The notes beneath the pieces are model-generated. The model did not search any database. It saw nothing but the letters and a program-made list of their open reading frames with translations, and was not told the DNA's origin. Made by a program: the position numbers and the translations under genes. Positions 62,690 through 64,000 of a DNA stretch of 64,000 bases are shown one piece after another (within the stretch, counting starts at the first letter, position 1; every line of letters starts with the position of its first letter). The stretch is from NCBI GenBank assembly GCA_041664945.1, contig JBAYJY010000004.1:1173-65172 (forward strand). The letters are read 5' to 3'. Source of the stretch: a bacterium. Its GTDB lineage: Bacteria > UBP15 > UBA6099.

Positions 62690-64000
62690 ATGAAACAGGG
62701 AAACGCGGGAAAACATATTAACGCTGCGAAAATCATTTTCCTGCTTATGGCGGCGGCAGGCTTCGCCCATGCGTTTCTTCCCGGCTCCGGCATAACCGCC
62801 CCTCTGTCTCCCGGCGAAGCGAAAACGATCCTCTTCGCCGACAATTACTTCACGATCACTTTCCTTAAATCGCTCTACGGACACTCCCTGCCCCTGTACT
62901 ATCTCGCCGCCCATTTCATCGCCTTCCTTCCGCGCGAAATCGTCGCGCTTCGCCTGTTCTCCTTTTTGTTCTTTCTCGGCGCTCTCTACTCAACGGCTAA
63001 ATTATTCGTTGAATCGGCGCCGCCAACAAACAGGAAATCCGGAATTCCAACCGCCATTTACTCCGGGCTGCTTTTCCTCGCGCTCTCGCCCCTTATGCTT
63101 TATTACTCTTGCAAGGCGGAACCGTTTTCCTTCGCCGTTTGCCTCCTGTCCTTTTCGTGCATGTTTTTTCAATCCGCGTTCGTGAACAAAACCGGAAGCG
63201 CAAAACCGTTCATTTTCATATTCGCTCTCGCTCTCTTCACGACACACGTCGCGGCGGCATTCCTTGCAGTTTTCGTTATCTATCTCGCAGCAAGGATTTC
63301 CGACGAAAAAGATCGCCCGGCCGCCCGCGCGGCCGTCAAAACATTATTGATCTGCTATATCCCCTGCGTTCTTTTTTCGCTTTTGGGCATCATTAAAACC
63401 AACTCGTTCTATATCTATGTGTTTGAAGAAGGCAAGCCCGCAATCGCTTATTTCATAAGTTACTTTCAATCGGCGCTATCCCGCATCTTCTCCGGGAATC
63501 CATTGGAAAATGATAGACTCGCCTTCGCCGCTTTAACCGCGATTGCGATTCCCGTTTCCCTCTATCGCGCTTTTGCCGGCGCGGGCCGCTCTTCAGCCAA
63601 TGTTTTTATTAAAGCTTTCCCCGTCTTTCTCGCAAGCGTCGCCCTGGGAATAATTTTCCATATTAACATCACTGTAAAATTTTCCGCCAATGTCATCTTT
63701 TCAAATGTGTTTGCTTATGCGCAGAAAAATATTGCTCGGACGGACGGATTGCTTTTTCTTGATTCCCGCGACAACGATGACTATTGGCTCTTCAAATACC
63801 ATTTCAGAAATTCCGGAGTCCCGAACCTCGCGCTATCTTCAAAAATTATGAAAGCGACTCCCTTCAACTTAGGCTCCTCTTTCAAAAAATATGAAATCAA
63901 CCGGCGCGAAACCGCCGACATGATAGCTATCAAGGAACTGTTTCTTGACGCCGGCGACATCTGGCGTTTTATAGATACTTGTCCATCGGTCGGCGGCGAA
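62690..64000 (+). CDS. Polytopic membrane protein, GT-C / family-39-like glycosyltransferase (3' end outside the window); absent from the supplied ORF track
   Basis: I translated frame 2 by hand from the ATG at 62690 to base 64000 (437 codons) and found no stop. The product is hydrophobic (...LYYLAAHFIAFLPREIVALRLFSFLFFLGALY...). An alternative ATG lies at 62633, and a TATAAT at 62629-62634 favours 62690. Confidence 0.6.
   Translation, partial: MKQGNAGKHINAAKIIFLLMAAAGFAHAFLPGSGITAPLSPGEAKTILFADNYFTITFLKSLYGHSLPLYYLAAHFIAFLPREIVALRLFSFLFFLGALYSTAKLFVESAPPTNRKSGIPTAIYSGLLFLALSPLMLYYSCKAEPFSFAVCLLSFSCMFFQSAFVNKTGSAKPFIFIFALALFTTHVAAAFLAVFVIYLAARISDEKDRPAARAAVKTLLICYIPCVLFSLLGIIKTNSFYIYVFEEGKPAIAYFISYFQSALSRIFSGNPLENDRLAFAALTAIAIPVSLYRAFAGAGRSSANVFIKAFPVFLASVALGIIFHINITVKFSANVIFSNVFAYAQKNIARTDGLLFLDSRDNDDYWLFKYHFRNSGVPNLALSSKIMKATPFNLGSSFKKYEINRRETADMIAIKELFLDAGDIWRFIDTCPSVGGE

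Overview
High-GC (roughly 60%) bacterial chromosomal window with about 50 protein-coding genes, many carrying Sec-type signal peptides. By eye I found no rRNA, tRNA, CRISPR array, transposase or integrase. Gene content is mostly ordinary. It includes a TldD/PmbA-family protein, a patatin-like lipase, cdsA, a GH27 alpha-galactosidase, GT-C-like membrane proteins, a TPR protein, U32-family proteins, secreted phosphoesterases, an amidohydrolase, a CheB-CheR-PAS fusion next to a PAS-rich hybrid histidine kinase, a livKHMGF-type amino-acid ABC operon, an iron-type ABC permease, an SDR epimerase and a ferredoxin-nitroreductase. The standout is a tightly packed, co-directional 10-ORF block (17863-28486). 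It starts with a 112-aa peptide ending in nine consecutive His-Xaa-Ser triplets (HAS, HSS, HGS x7, then W). Two small paralogous proteins follow, then seven consecutive radical-SAM enzymes: one SPASM-type, four mutually paralogous short ones and two cobalamin-class ones. An AT-rich promoter-like gap lies upstream and a hairpin terminator downstream. I read this as a greatly expanded variant of the poorly understood His-Xaa-Ser (Hxs) maturation system, whose product chemistry is unknown. Secondary curiosities are listed below.
- A 16-codon CxxC mini-ORF with a strong SD lies between the last rSAM gene and the terminator.
- A T9 homopolymer splits a GT-C-like membrane protein gene.
- A 1.5-kb AT-rich two-cassette island is organised around a duplicated gene 3' end.
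- A second 3'-end duplication brackets cdsA.
- Several families of intergenic palindromic and short-tandem repeats occur, two of them inside the liv operon.
- An SDR enzyme carries an AKKP-repeat lysine-rich tail.
All functional calls come from motif recognition by eye. No database search was run.
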